Assembly (NCBI GenBank): GCA_026625185.1
Contig: CP113000.1
Span: 1,305,622-1,337,621, forward strand
Reading direction: 5' to 3'
DNA from: Thermodesulfobacteriota bacterium
Lineage (GTDB): Bacteria; Desulfobacterota; WTBG01; JAGOGO01
Length of the DNA stretch: 32,000 nt
Positions 16,385-23,775 of this stretch are shown here, one piece after another (position 1 is the stretch's first letter; the number at the start of each line of letters is the position of its first letter). The notes beneath the pieces are model-generated. The model searched no databases, was not told the DNA's origin, and saw only the letters and a program-made list of their open reading frames with translations. The position numbers and the translations under genes were made by a program.

Positions 16385-17584
16385 ATGTACTCAAAAACGT
16401 TTATCCCCTATCGCGGTTATTACAGTTCCCCATTTTCTCGCTGGCAGGGAAGCCTTCAATCTGAACATCCGGTTGAGCTGGTTGCTTCAACCGCAAAAAA
16501 ATGGCTTGCGACAAAAAAGTTTGACCCCAAAATGTTTGATTATCTCGTTCTCGGAAAAACCGTAACTATGCTCCACACCTTTTACTCATACGCGTGGGTT
16601 GCCGCCTTGGTTGGAAACCCAGACATCCCGGGGGTAACGATTTCTCAGGCCTGTACGACATCGGCAACAGTTGTAAATCAAGCGGCTTTGGGTGTTGAGT
16701 GTGGGTTGTTTTCTAACGTGTTATGTCTTATGACCGACAGGGTCTCCAATGGTCCCCACTTGATCTGGCCAAATCCCCAAGGACAAGGTGGGCAGGTCAT
16801 AATAGAAAACTGGGTTCTTGACAACTTTAATTTTGACCCCTGGGGAAAGCAACCAATGATACAGACAGCAGAAAACGTGGCCAAACTTACGAAGGGGGGG
16901 GTTACCAAGGAAGAGTGTGATGCAGTAACGCTGAAAAGATATGAGCAGTATGCGGATGGTTTAGCCAATGATCGAGCATTTCAAAAGCGCTACATGTTTC
17001 CCGTAGAGTTTAAGAAGGGGAAAAAAGAAGTCGGCATCATGGAGGAAGATGAAGGGATAACCCCAACCACCAAAGAGGGGCTGGCGGGGCTTAAGCCGAT
17101 AATCCCTGGCGGAGTGCTCACCTTCGGTTCCCAGACGCATCCAGCTGATGGAAACTGCGCGGTAATAGTAACCACAAAACAAAAAGCCCAAGAGCTCAGC
17201 GCTGATCCGAAGGTTGAAGTGCAAGTACTTTCGTATGGATATGCCCGCGCCCCTAAGGCGCTTATGGGAATGGCCCCGGTTCCGGCGGCAAAAATGGCCT
17301 TAGAAAAAGCTGGGCTTTCCATAAAAGACATAAAAGTACATAAATCCCATAATCCGTTTGCAACCAATGATATCTATTTTGCGCGAGAATTTGAGCTTGA
17401 TGTTATGGCAATGAACAACTACGGGAGTTCGATGGTTTATGGACATCCTCAGGGCCCCACTGTCGGCCGGGTGATAATTGAGATGATTGAAGAATTGGTT
17501 TTATTAGGTGGTGGATATGGGATGTATGCCGGGTGCGCCGCTGGAGACACTGCCGCAGCGCTGATCGTGAAGGTTACGTGTTGA
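16385..17584 (+). CDS. Thiolase-family acyl-CoA acetyltransferase
   Basis: 399 aa with an AAAGGAG RBS. It has the acyl-Cys context (ISQACTTSAT), a His motif (YGHPQGPTVG) and a C-terminal Cys (YAGCAAGDTAAALIV). The N-terminus (YSSPFSRWQGSL) is atypical. Confidence 0.88.
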   Translation: MYSKTFIPYRGYYSSPFSRWQGSLQSEHPVELVASTAKKWLATKKFDPKMFDYLVLGKTVTMLHTFYSYAWVAALVGNPDIPGVTISQACTTSATVVNQAALGVECGLFSNVLCLMTDRVSNGPHLIWPNPQGQGGQVIIENWVLDNFNFDPWGKQPMIQTAENVAKLTKGGVTKEECDAVTLKRYEQYADGLANDRAFQKRYMFPVEFKKGKKEVGIMEEDEGITPTTKEGLAGLKPIIPGGVLTFGSQTHPADGNCAVIVTTKQKAQELSADPKVEVQVLSYGYARAPKALMGMAPVPAAKMALEKAGLSIKDIKVHKSHNPFATNDIYFAREFELDVMAMNNYGSSMVYGHPQGPTVGRVIIEMIEELVLLGGGYGMYAGCAAGDTAAALIVKVTC

Positions 17585-17655
17585 GCGCTTTGCCTGAAAT
17601 GTTTTTTGCTGAAAATTAATTGTTATTTCGCTTATTTTTTCTGTATATCCTCGTT

Positions 17656-17698
17656 AATTGTATGTTGCCGACCATTCAACGGCGGCAACATACAAATT
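17656..17698 (+). other. Strong hairpin downstream of the thiolase gene
   Basis: GTATGTTGCCG-N12-CGGCAACATAC is an 11 bp perfect stem with AATT/AAATT extensions. It has no clean U-tract, so a terminator role is uncertain. Confidence 0.4.
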
Positions 17699-17767
17699 AA
17701 AATTTCACAACCATTGGGTATTGATAAAATCAAATACTGAAAACCAACGGTAACTTTTAAAGTTAGG

Positions 17768-17998
17768 ATGTCATTACGTAGTTTGTGAAAGTCGAGTACG
17801 GGAGATTTCAGAACCAGAAATTGTCATTAATAAATCAGGCAAGAGTATTCGCACTGAATATCTGGTATACGACATCAATGGATATTACAACTATGCGGTT
17901 GAAGAAGCGGTCCGCATTAAAGAAATCCAGGGCGGAACGATTACCGTGATTACCTTCGGGCCTCAGGAATTCCAGTACACCCTGAGACAATCAGCATA
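17768..17998 (+). pseudogene. etfB: Electron transfer flavoprotein beta subunit, N-terminal about 75-codon remnant with a frameshift after codon 4
   Basis: ATG TCA TTA CGT is followed by a +1 shift, then VCESRVREISEPEIVINKSGKSIRTEYLVYDINGYYNYAVEEAVRIKEIQGGTITVITFGPQEFQYTLRQSA*. This fits the EtfB N-terminus (vCiKqV.d....i.......iNp.D..AvEeAlrlKe..gg.vtv...Gp......lr.a). The remaining roughly 180 codons are absent. Confidence 0.75.
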
Positions 17999-18002
17999 AT
18001 GT

Positions 18003-18425
18003 ATTCGGACAAAGTTAATGTCTGGATTGGATTTCGGGGGGGCAAAGAACTTTCAAGTAACGGTTCGTCCCGGTTCCTTTTCCGTTGAGCACGGAAATAC
18101 AGGCGCGGAAATTTGTTGAGTTTCTTGAATCCGCTGCCGGTGACGTTGATATCACCCGGGCCGACATTTTGGTTTCCGTGGGACGAGGTATCGGTGATGC
18201 GGAGAACATTCCTTTAGCCGAAGCTTTAGCTCAGGCGTGAGGAGCAACCTTGTCCTGTTCTCGCCCGGTGGTTTACAAAAAGTGGCTCCCGCAAGAACGG
18301 CAGGTCGGAACCTCCGAAAAAACCGTAAAGCCCCCATATTCAGTTTTGCTCAGTACGGAATCGTCGATGACCTCTTTAAAATATTGCCCCCGTTAACTGA
18401 AAAAGCAATGGCTCTCAGACGGTAG
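18003..18425 (+). pseudogene. etfA: Electron transfer flavoprotein alpha subunit, C-terminal remnant with a nonsense codon, frameshifts and an internal deletion
   Basis: Three frame segments are readable: VTVRPGSFSVEHGNTGAEI; VDITRADILVSVGRGIGDAENIPLAEALAQA*GATLSCSRPVVYKKWLPQERQVGTSEKTVKPP; and APIFSFAQYGIVDDLFKILPPLTEKAMALRR*. The FAD-binding GISGAIQH block between VKP and APIF is deleted, and the N-terminal domain is missing. Confidence 0.8.
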
Positions 18426-18604
18426 AATAACGGTTAGTCTTTTTTATCAAACCGATCTATCCGGAGCTGTTCGAAAGCTTCTTTAACAGGTTGGAGCAAG
18501 AATAAAACCTGTTGCAATCTGAAAAGTTTTTTTCTGCAATTTCGGAGGATGATAACCAAGAAATTTTTTCTCTGTATTATCAAAGATAACAAAAGGAGGC
18601 TACT

Positions 18605-20629
18605 ATGGACTATCGATCAAGGCTTTACCCAAATTTCAGCAACCCTTTACTTTTCAAGCCCGACCGCCCTCTTCCTAAAAAAGTAGCGCTCGTTGGGGCG
18701 GGCACTATCGGCCCGGATATCGGCTACTTTTTAAAAAACGCTCTTTTGGATATGGAGCTTGTTCTGGTTGATGTGGTCGCGGAACCTCTGAAAAACGCCG
18801 AAAAACGTTATCAGGATTACGTGGGCAAAGCGATTAAGAAAAAGACTCTGACGGAAGATAAAGGGAAAAAAATTCTGGAAAATATTTCTTATTCCCAGGA
18901 CTATGCTGTTTTAAAAAATTGTGATCTGGTTATTGAAGCCGCCACTGAGAGTATTTCTTTGAAGAAAAAAATATTTAAAATGGTGGAAGAAGTGGTGTCC
19001 CCGGAAACAATCATAACCTCTAACACCAGCTCAATCCCAGCGGATCGAATTTTCTCGGAAATGAAAAATCCCGAAAGAACAACGGTCACCCATTTTTTTG
19101 GCCCGGCGCATGTTAATCCGGCAGTTGAAGTTATAACCTGGGAAAAAGTTGATCAAAAAATCGTTGATTATCTCTGCTGGATGTTTTGTATAACGGGAAA
19201 GGTGCCTATCGTCGCGGATGGCGTAATCGCTTTTATTTTAGACAGAATCTTTGACAACTGGTGTAATGATGCCGGCTATCTTTTGGAAGATGCTACCGCC
19301 AGCCAAATTGATAAAGTAGCAGGAGAGTTTGTTGCCGCCGGACCGTTTTTCGTCCTTAATTTTACCAATGGCAACCCGATCATCGCTGAAGCCAATACCC
19401 TCCAAATGGAGGAAGGTGAACACTACCTCCCGGCAAATATTTTCAACTCGGTTGATCGCTGGAAAACCCTCAGAATGGGTGAGCCTTTGGAGGTTCCTCC
19501 GGCTACCAGTAAAAAAATAAGAGACCGGCTTTTAGGCATTCTTTTTTCACAGTCATTCGACATTCTGGACCGCAGTATCGGCACTCCCGGGGATCTCAAT
19601 TTAGGGTGTCAAGTGGCGCTGGCATTTAAAAAAGGTCCTTTGGATATCATGAGAGATCTGGGTGAATCCGAAACCAAACGCATTATCGAAACCTTTCAAA
19701 AAGACCGACCTGGGTTTCCTGGTCCCCAAAAACCGCTTGCTACGTACCAGGATTTCCCGCGTCACCTTCTGATCGATGTCATCGAGGGAGTAAAAATCAT
19801 CACCATCAGAAGGCCTCAGTTTATGAATGCCATTAACGATGAGGTAAATAACGAAATCTTATCGGCCATTCAAGAAGATGTCGCAAATAACGCCATCAAA
19901 GGTTTCGTTATCACTGGATATGGTGACCGAGCGTTCTGCGCAGGCGCCGAAATCGGTAAATTCCCCCAGATGCTCGGCAACGCTGAGGCTTCCGCCCAAT
20001 TTGCCCGTGAGTGCTCTAATCTTTTATTATATATCGACTCGATGCAAAAACCGGTTGTCGCAGCGGTAAACGGACTGGCTTTAGGCGGAGGCTTGGAGGT
20101 GTCTATTCGATGCCATAGCATCGTGGCAAGCAAAAATGCTTCTTTCCAGTTCCCCGAGATTACATTGGGAATCCTTCCGGGCATCGGAGGTTGTATTGTC
20201 CCATACCGAAAATGGCCTCAGGCAGCCACGGTTTTTCATGAAATGATACAATTAGGAAAATCAATAAAAGTTCAGGAAGCCCAACGTATCGGGATGGTAA
20301 AGAAAGTTGCGGATGACTATTACAGCACGATTAAAGCTGCGATTGAGGAAGTTAACAACCTCCAAGGGAAAACCCAGAGGATTCCCGATGGCAAAGTTGA
20401 TCTCGAGGCAATGCAACCGGTCGAAAACCCAATGGCCGGCAAGCTTGCCCTAAGCCGTGAAGCAGTTTCTATTGTCGGGAAAACCATTAAAGATGCGGCT
20501 GCCGCTAACACCTTTCAAGAAGCACTGGAAATCGGCTATCGAGGCTTTGGCGCCATAGCCTGCACTGAAGCCGCAAAAGAAGGGATATCCGCGTTTCAGC
20601 AACGAAGGGAACCGAATTTTACAAAGTAA
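18605..20629 (+). CDS. Bifunctional 3-hydroxyacyl-CoA dehydrogenase (N-terminal) / enoyl-CoA hydratase (C-terminal) fusion
   Basis: 674 aa with an AAAGGAGG RBS. The N-terminus has a Rossmann motif (VALVGAGTIGPDIG) and HFFGPAHVNP, as in 3HCDH. The C-terminal roughly 270 aa form a crotonase fold (RRPQFMNAIN, FCAGAEI, AAVNGLALGGGLEV, FQFPEITLGILPGIGG). Confidence 0.88.
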   Translation: MDYRSRLYPNFSNPLLFKPDRPLPKKVALVGAGTIGPDIGYFLKNALLDMELVLVDVVAEPLKNAEKRYQDYVGKAIKKKTLTEDKGKKILENISYSQDYAVLKNCDLVIEAATESISLKKKIFKMVEEVVSPETIITSNTSSIPADRIFSEMKNPERTTVTHFFGPAHVNPAVEVITWEKVDQKIVDYLCWMFCITGKVPIVADGVIAFILDRIFDNWCNDAGYLLEDATASQIDKVAGEFVAAGPFFVLNFTNGNPIIAEANTLQMEEGEHYLPANIFNSVDRWKTLRMGEPLEVPPATSKKIRDRLLGILFSQSFDILDRSIGTPGDLNLGCQVALAFKKGPLDIMRDLGESETKRIIETFQKDRPGFPGPQKPLATYQDFPRHLLIDVIEGVKIITIRRPQFMNAINDEVNNEILSAIQEDVANNAIKGFVITGYGDRAFCAGAEIGKFPQMLGNAEASAQFARECSNLLLYIDSMQKPVVAAVNGLALGGGLEVSIRCHSIVASKNASFQFPEITLGILPGIGGCIVPYRKWPQAATVFHEMIQLGKSIKVQEAQRIGMVKKVADDYYSTIKAAIEEVNNLQGKTQRIPDGKVDLEAMQPVENPMAGKLALSREAVSIVGKTIKDAAAANTFQEALEIGYRGFGAIACTEAAKEGISAFQQRREPNFTK

Positions 20630-20637
20630 CCGCTAAT

Positions 20638-20735
20638 ATTACTCCGGCAAATAGATATATAAAAGCATAATCGTCATTATCAGCAATAAGGGGCATTGCA
20701 CAGAATTTATTTACAGGTTTAATTGCCGGAGTAAT
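20638..20735. repeat. 98 bp element bounded by a perfect 13 bp inverted repeat
   Basis: ATTACTCCGGCAA (20638-20650) pairs with TTGCCGGAGTAAT (20723-20735) across a 72 nt A/T-rich interior. It starts 6 nt after the stop of the 18605-20629 gene. Confidence 0.5.
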
Positions 20736-20748
20736 AAAAGGCCCCAAA

Positions 20749-20964
20749 ATGCCCTTTGAATTTCAATCGCTCAGTCATGGACCAATTGCGTTTGACTTTA
20801 TCAAAATAGAAAGTGACACGCTTCTCCTGGATCATTACTTTTTCTTGCGAGTGAATTCTCCGAGTACATTTCGGACCTATCTTAGAGAAAGGAAGACGAT
20901 TCCAAGGCACACATCTGGAAAGTGTATTATATTGAACGCTCCTCCGATACAGGAAATCGTATGA
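20749..20964 (+). CDS. Hypothetical small protein, possibly truncated
   Basis: 71 aa. The N-terminus MPFEFQSLSHGPIAFDFIKIESDTLLLDHYFF looks like a conserved uncharacterised family seen elsewhere at greater length (from memory only). There is no clear RBS. Confidence 0.3.
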   Translation: MPFEFQSLSHGPIAFDFIKIESDTLLLDHYFFLRVNSPSTFRTYLRERKTIPRHTSGKCIILNAPPIQEIV

Positions 20965-20997
20965 CTTCTCAAACAGATTTCCTTCGGTAACATTTCT

Positions 20998-21720
20998 TTA
21001 TGAGGCAACTGGCAGGGAAGAAGGATCTTTGAGATCGTTTTGAAAAATTTCTTTTATTTTTTTCTGGAGCTGGTCTCGGTCCTTCAGCGTTAGCTCCAAT
21101 GTTTCCACAGGGGAGTGAACCGAAAGCGTAGCCGAACCCGGAAAAACTCGATAAGACCCTTTGGGCATGATTTTACAGGAACCATTGATAGTTATCGGTA
21201 AAATCGGAGCGCCCGCAAGAATGGCCAGAGAAAACCCGCCTTTGCTAAAAGGGAGCAATTCTCCGACTGTGCTTCGGGTTCCTTCGGGAAAGATAAGCAC
21301 GGTTGATCCCTTGCGGATTTTATCTACTGCCTGTTTTATGCTGAGGTAGGCCTTTGATTTATTTTCCCGGTCAACCTCAATCGCCCCGATCCAGCGCAAT
21401 ATGCTCCCAAAAACGGGTATCTTAAAAAGTTCTTTTTTTGCCATCCACCGGATAAGGACCGGTGAGAAAAGAAGTAAAAAAATATCAAAATAGCTTTGGT
21501 GGTTGGCCATGATAATATAAGAACGCGAAGGATCAATCTTTTCCATTCCCTGAATTTCCGTTTTAACCCCACCGGCAAACAATAAAAGACGTCCCCACCG
21601 CTGTTCGATCCAATGGATCGCTTTTGGGCGCGATTGGAGGGTAAAAAGAAAAGGGACAAGAAAAAGAAGGGATGAAAAAACCGTGCTCCAAAAAAAAATG
21701 GTTCGAAATAAAACAAGCAT
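20998..21720 (-). CDS. plsC: 1-acyl-sn-glycerol-3-phosphate acyltransferase
   Basis: 240 aa with an N-terminal TM segment, the HX4D motif (ANHQSYFDIFLL), and FPEGTRS. Confidence 0.85.
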   Translation of the reverse strand: MLVLFRTIFFWSTVFSSLLFLVPFLFTLQSRPKAIHWIEQRWGRLLLFAGGVKTEIQGMEKIDPSRSYIIMANHQSYFDIFLLLFSPVLIRWMAKKELFKIPVFGSILRWIGAIEVDRENKSKAYLSIKQAVDKIRKGSTVLIFPEGTRSTVGELLPFSKGGFSLAILAGAPILPITINGSCKIMPKGSYRVFPGSATLSVHSPVETLELTLKDRDQLQKKIKEIFQNDLKDPSSLPVAS

Positions 21721-21879
21721 TTTTCTTTCCAGGAAAATAATAAAAATCTTCTCTTACGCTCTTTTTTGAATACTTTATGTTCTCAAAGAAGTCAATATTG
21801 CCGGGAAGAAAAAAATACAAAAACCTCTCTCGCTCACCCCGTTAATAAAGGTGTGAAGACCATTTTACTCCCATTTTAG

Positions 21880-22085
21880 AGACTGTGTCGTAATGGTGGC
21901 GAAGGGAAATACAAGGGAAAAAAAGAACGAACCCCCTCAACCCCCATTTCGTAAATAGACTGTGTTGCAATTCAAAAACAGGGGGTAGCCGCATCCTTTT
22001 AGGCTGCGTAACATAGTGAAATCATATATCCGAGAAGCGCAAGCTAAAGCTTGCGGCTACAAAAACATGTATTACGACCCAGTCT
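21880..22085. repeat. MITE-like or REP-cluster element with terminal inverted repeats and nested GC-rich hairpins
   Basis: AGACTGTGTCGTAAT (21880-21894) and inverted ATTACGACCCAGTCT (22071-22085) match 14/15. A third, direct copy, AGACTGTGTTGCAAT, lies at 21957-21971. Inside are GTAGCCGCA (21985-21993) paired with TGCGGCTAC (22052-22060), and the hairpin GCAAGC-TAAA-GCTTGC (22039-22054). Confidence 0.45.
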
Positions 22086-22236
22086 TAAAGAGAAAAGAGT
22101 TAGTTAAGCAAAAAGGAACAAAACAATCCACCCCTTTGATAAAACGGGGTTAGAGGGTTTGTGTCTTTTTGACTTTAAAATATTCCCAACCGATTGGAAA
22201 ACCTTGCATTATATTATCTTTACCCCGTGAAAAAGG

Positions 22237-22283
22237 CCCCGCTTGCCCGGTTAGAAATTTGATATCTAACCGGGCAAGCGGGG
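22237..22283. other. Perfect 18-19 bp inverted repeat (hairpin or operator) upstream of the M24 peptidase gene
   Basis: CCCCGCTTGCCCGGTTAG(A)-N9-(T)CTAACCGGGCAAGCGGGG. On the minus strand the hairpin is followed by CCTTTTTC. On the plus strand no U-tract follows. Confidence 0.6.
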
Positions 22284-22314
22284 TAAACCAGGGAACCTTA
22301 AAAGATAGACAGAC

Positions 22315-23508
22315 ATGAGAGAAAAATATGTTCCTCAAGCAGAAATAGATTTTCGTATCCGCCGACTGCAAAAAAGTCTGGTCAGAGAACAGATCGAGGC
22401 GGTTCTCATCGTGTATAAAATGGATTATTTTTATTTTTCCGGCCAGGCACAGGACTCCATCCTTTTTGTTCCCGCCGAAGGGAAACCGCTCCTTTTAGTC
22501 TTCAGAGATATTGACCGGGCCAAAAAAGAGTCCCCGCTCGAACAGGTTGTTCCTCTTGCAGCCATGGGTGATCTCTACAAAGTTATTAAAAATTTCTATG
22601 GCTCCCTTCCCCGGAGGATTGGATTAGAGCTTGATGTGGTTCCGGTGCGTGACTATTTCAGATTTCAGGAACTTTTATTAAGGCCGGAGATTGTGGACAG
22701 CGCGAAGATTATCAGACAGCTTCGCATGTGCAAAAGCCCCTTTGAAATCGCTCAGATGAGGCGGGCGGGGGAGATCGGAAACAAAGTGCATGAAGAAGGT
22801 TTAAATATTCTTAAGGAGGGGATGACGGAGATTGAATTTGGGGGGCATTTAGAATTGGTGGCGAAACAATTAGAACACGAGGGGCTTATCCGGGTTAGGT
22901 CTCTCAATTATGAAGCCTATTCCTGGCATATTTTAAGCGGTACAAGCGGAAGCATTGTAAGTCAGGCTAATTCACCCATGGGGGGAGCAGGACTCTCGCC
23001 TGCTTTTCCTGTCGGCGCCGGAATTAAAAAAATAAAAGCCCATGAGCCAATTTTAGTTGACTTTGGAGTTTGCTATAACGGCTACCTTGTTGATTTTACC
23101 CGCATGTACAGTATTGGAACATTGCCCGATAAATATGTTAAAGCTTATGAGGCCTCGAGAACGATAGAGCGCGCTGTGTTGGAAGAGGCGCGGCCAGGAG
23201 CCGACTGCGGTGAAATTTATGAAAAAACCGTTATACTGGCAGCAAAGTTAGGTTATGAAGAATACTATCTCGGCATCCCGGAAAAAAAGGCGTTCTTTGT
23301 CGCTCACGGCGTTGGTCTGGAGATTAATGAAATACCTTTTTTAGCTTCTGGGCAGCATTACGCACTGGAGGAAGGAACAACGATCGCTATCGAACCTAAA
23401 ATGGTTTTTCCTGAGGAAGCCGGCGTGGGGATTGAAAATACCGTATTGATTACAAAACAAGGGGTAGAAAAATTAACTACCAGTAGCGAAGAAATTTTTC
23501 AGGTTTAA
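22315..23508 (+). CDS. M24-family metallopeptidase (Xaa-Pro aminopeptidase/dipeptidase-like)
   Basis: 397 aa with a creatinase-like N-domain and a pita-bread domain carrying metal ligand contexts (LVDFGVCYNGYLVDFTR, HGVGLEINE, IAIEPK, GIENTVLIT). Confidence 0.88.
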   Translation: MREKYVPQAEIDFRIRRLQKSLVREQIEAVLIVYKMDYFYFSGQAQDSILFVPAEGKPLLLVFRDIDRAKKESPLEQVVPLAAMGDLYKVIKNFYGSLPRRIGLELDVVPVRDYFRFQELLLRPEIVDSAKIIRQLRMCKSPFEIAQMRRAGEIGNKVHEEGLNILKEGMTEIEFGGHLELVAKQLEHEGLIRVRSLNYEAYSWHILSGTSGSIVSQANSPMGGAGLSPAFPVGAGIKKIKAHEPILVDFGVCYNGYLVDFTRMYSIGTLPDKYVKAYEASRTIERAVLEEARPGADCGEIYEKTVILAAKLGYEEYYLGIPEKKAFFVAHGVGLEINEIPFLASGQHYALEEGTTIAIEPKMVFPEEAGVGIENTVLITKQGVEKLTTSSEEIFQV

Positions 23509-23525
23509 TACCAATTCGCCTTTAT

Positions 23526-23632
23526 TTGCATATCGTTGTTGTGTCCTCGTCACACTGCTCGACGCACTAAAATGTACGCCTGCGTCGATTCCTCGCCGTC
23601 GCCTCGATCTGCTTTTGAATGCAACGTGATAT
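23526..23632. other. GC-rich self-complementary island in an A/T-rich spacer
   Basis: The outer arms are TTGCATATCGTTG and CAACGTGATAT. The inner 8 bp stem is TCGACGCA (23559-23566) paired with TGCGTCGA (23581-23588). No ORF is present. Confidence 0.35.
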
Positions 23633-23716
23633 AAAAAACCGAAATTGTTCTGCGGGTTGCCGGCGAAAAAGAAAACTTCCGGTCTTCAAGCTCATGCTTC
23701 ACTTTTTCTGATTTTC

Positions 23717-23775
23717 GGTTTTAGCCCGTTAGAAAATTTTCTAACGGGATTTACTCAAAAATTTTTGTTTCTGTT
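23717..23775. repeat. Copy 1 of a roughly 55 bp repeat with a 24 bp perfect palindrome core
   Basis: The sequence is GGTTTTAGC-CCCGTTAGAAAATTTTCTAACGGG-ATTTACTCAAAAATTTTTGTTTCTG, with the palindrome at 23725-23748. It contains the last four codons and the stop of the 23741-25570 gene. Confidence 0.7.

Noticed and set aside
20998-21720. plsC as the acyltransferase (crtO equivalent) of the carotenoid cluster
   Set aside because: It lies more than 5.6 kb away and is separated from the cluster by unrelated peptidase genes. It has standard PlsC motifs consistent with phospholipid synthesis.
23725-23748. The palindrome as an integron attC site or a CIRCE (HrcA) heat-shock operator
   Set aside because: GTTAGAA and TTCTAAC resemble the attC core and inverse core (GTTRRRY and RYYYAAC), but each misses the last position. 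They are in the wrong order, are directly abutted (24 bp against at least 57 bp), and no intI is present. CIRCE is TTAGCACTC-N9-GAGTGCTAA, and only the TTAG...CTAA ends match.
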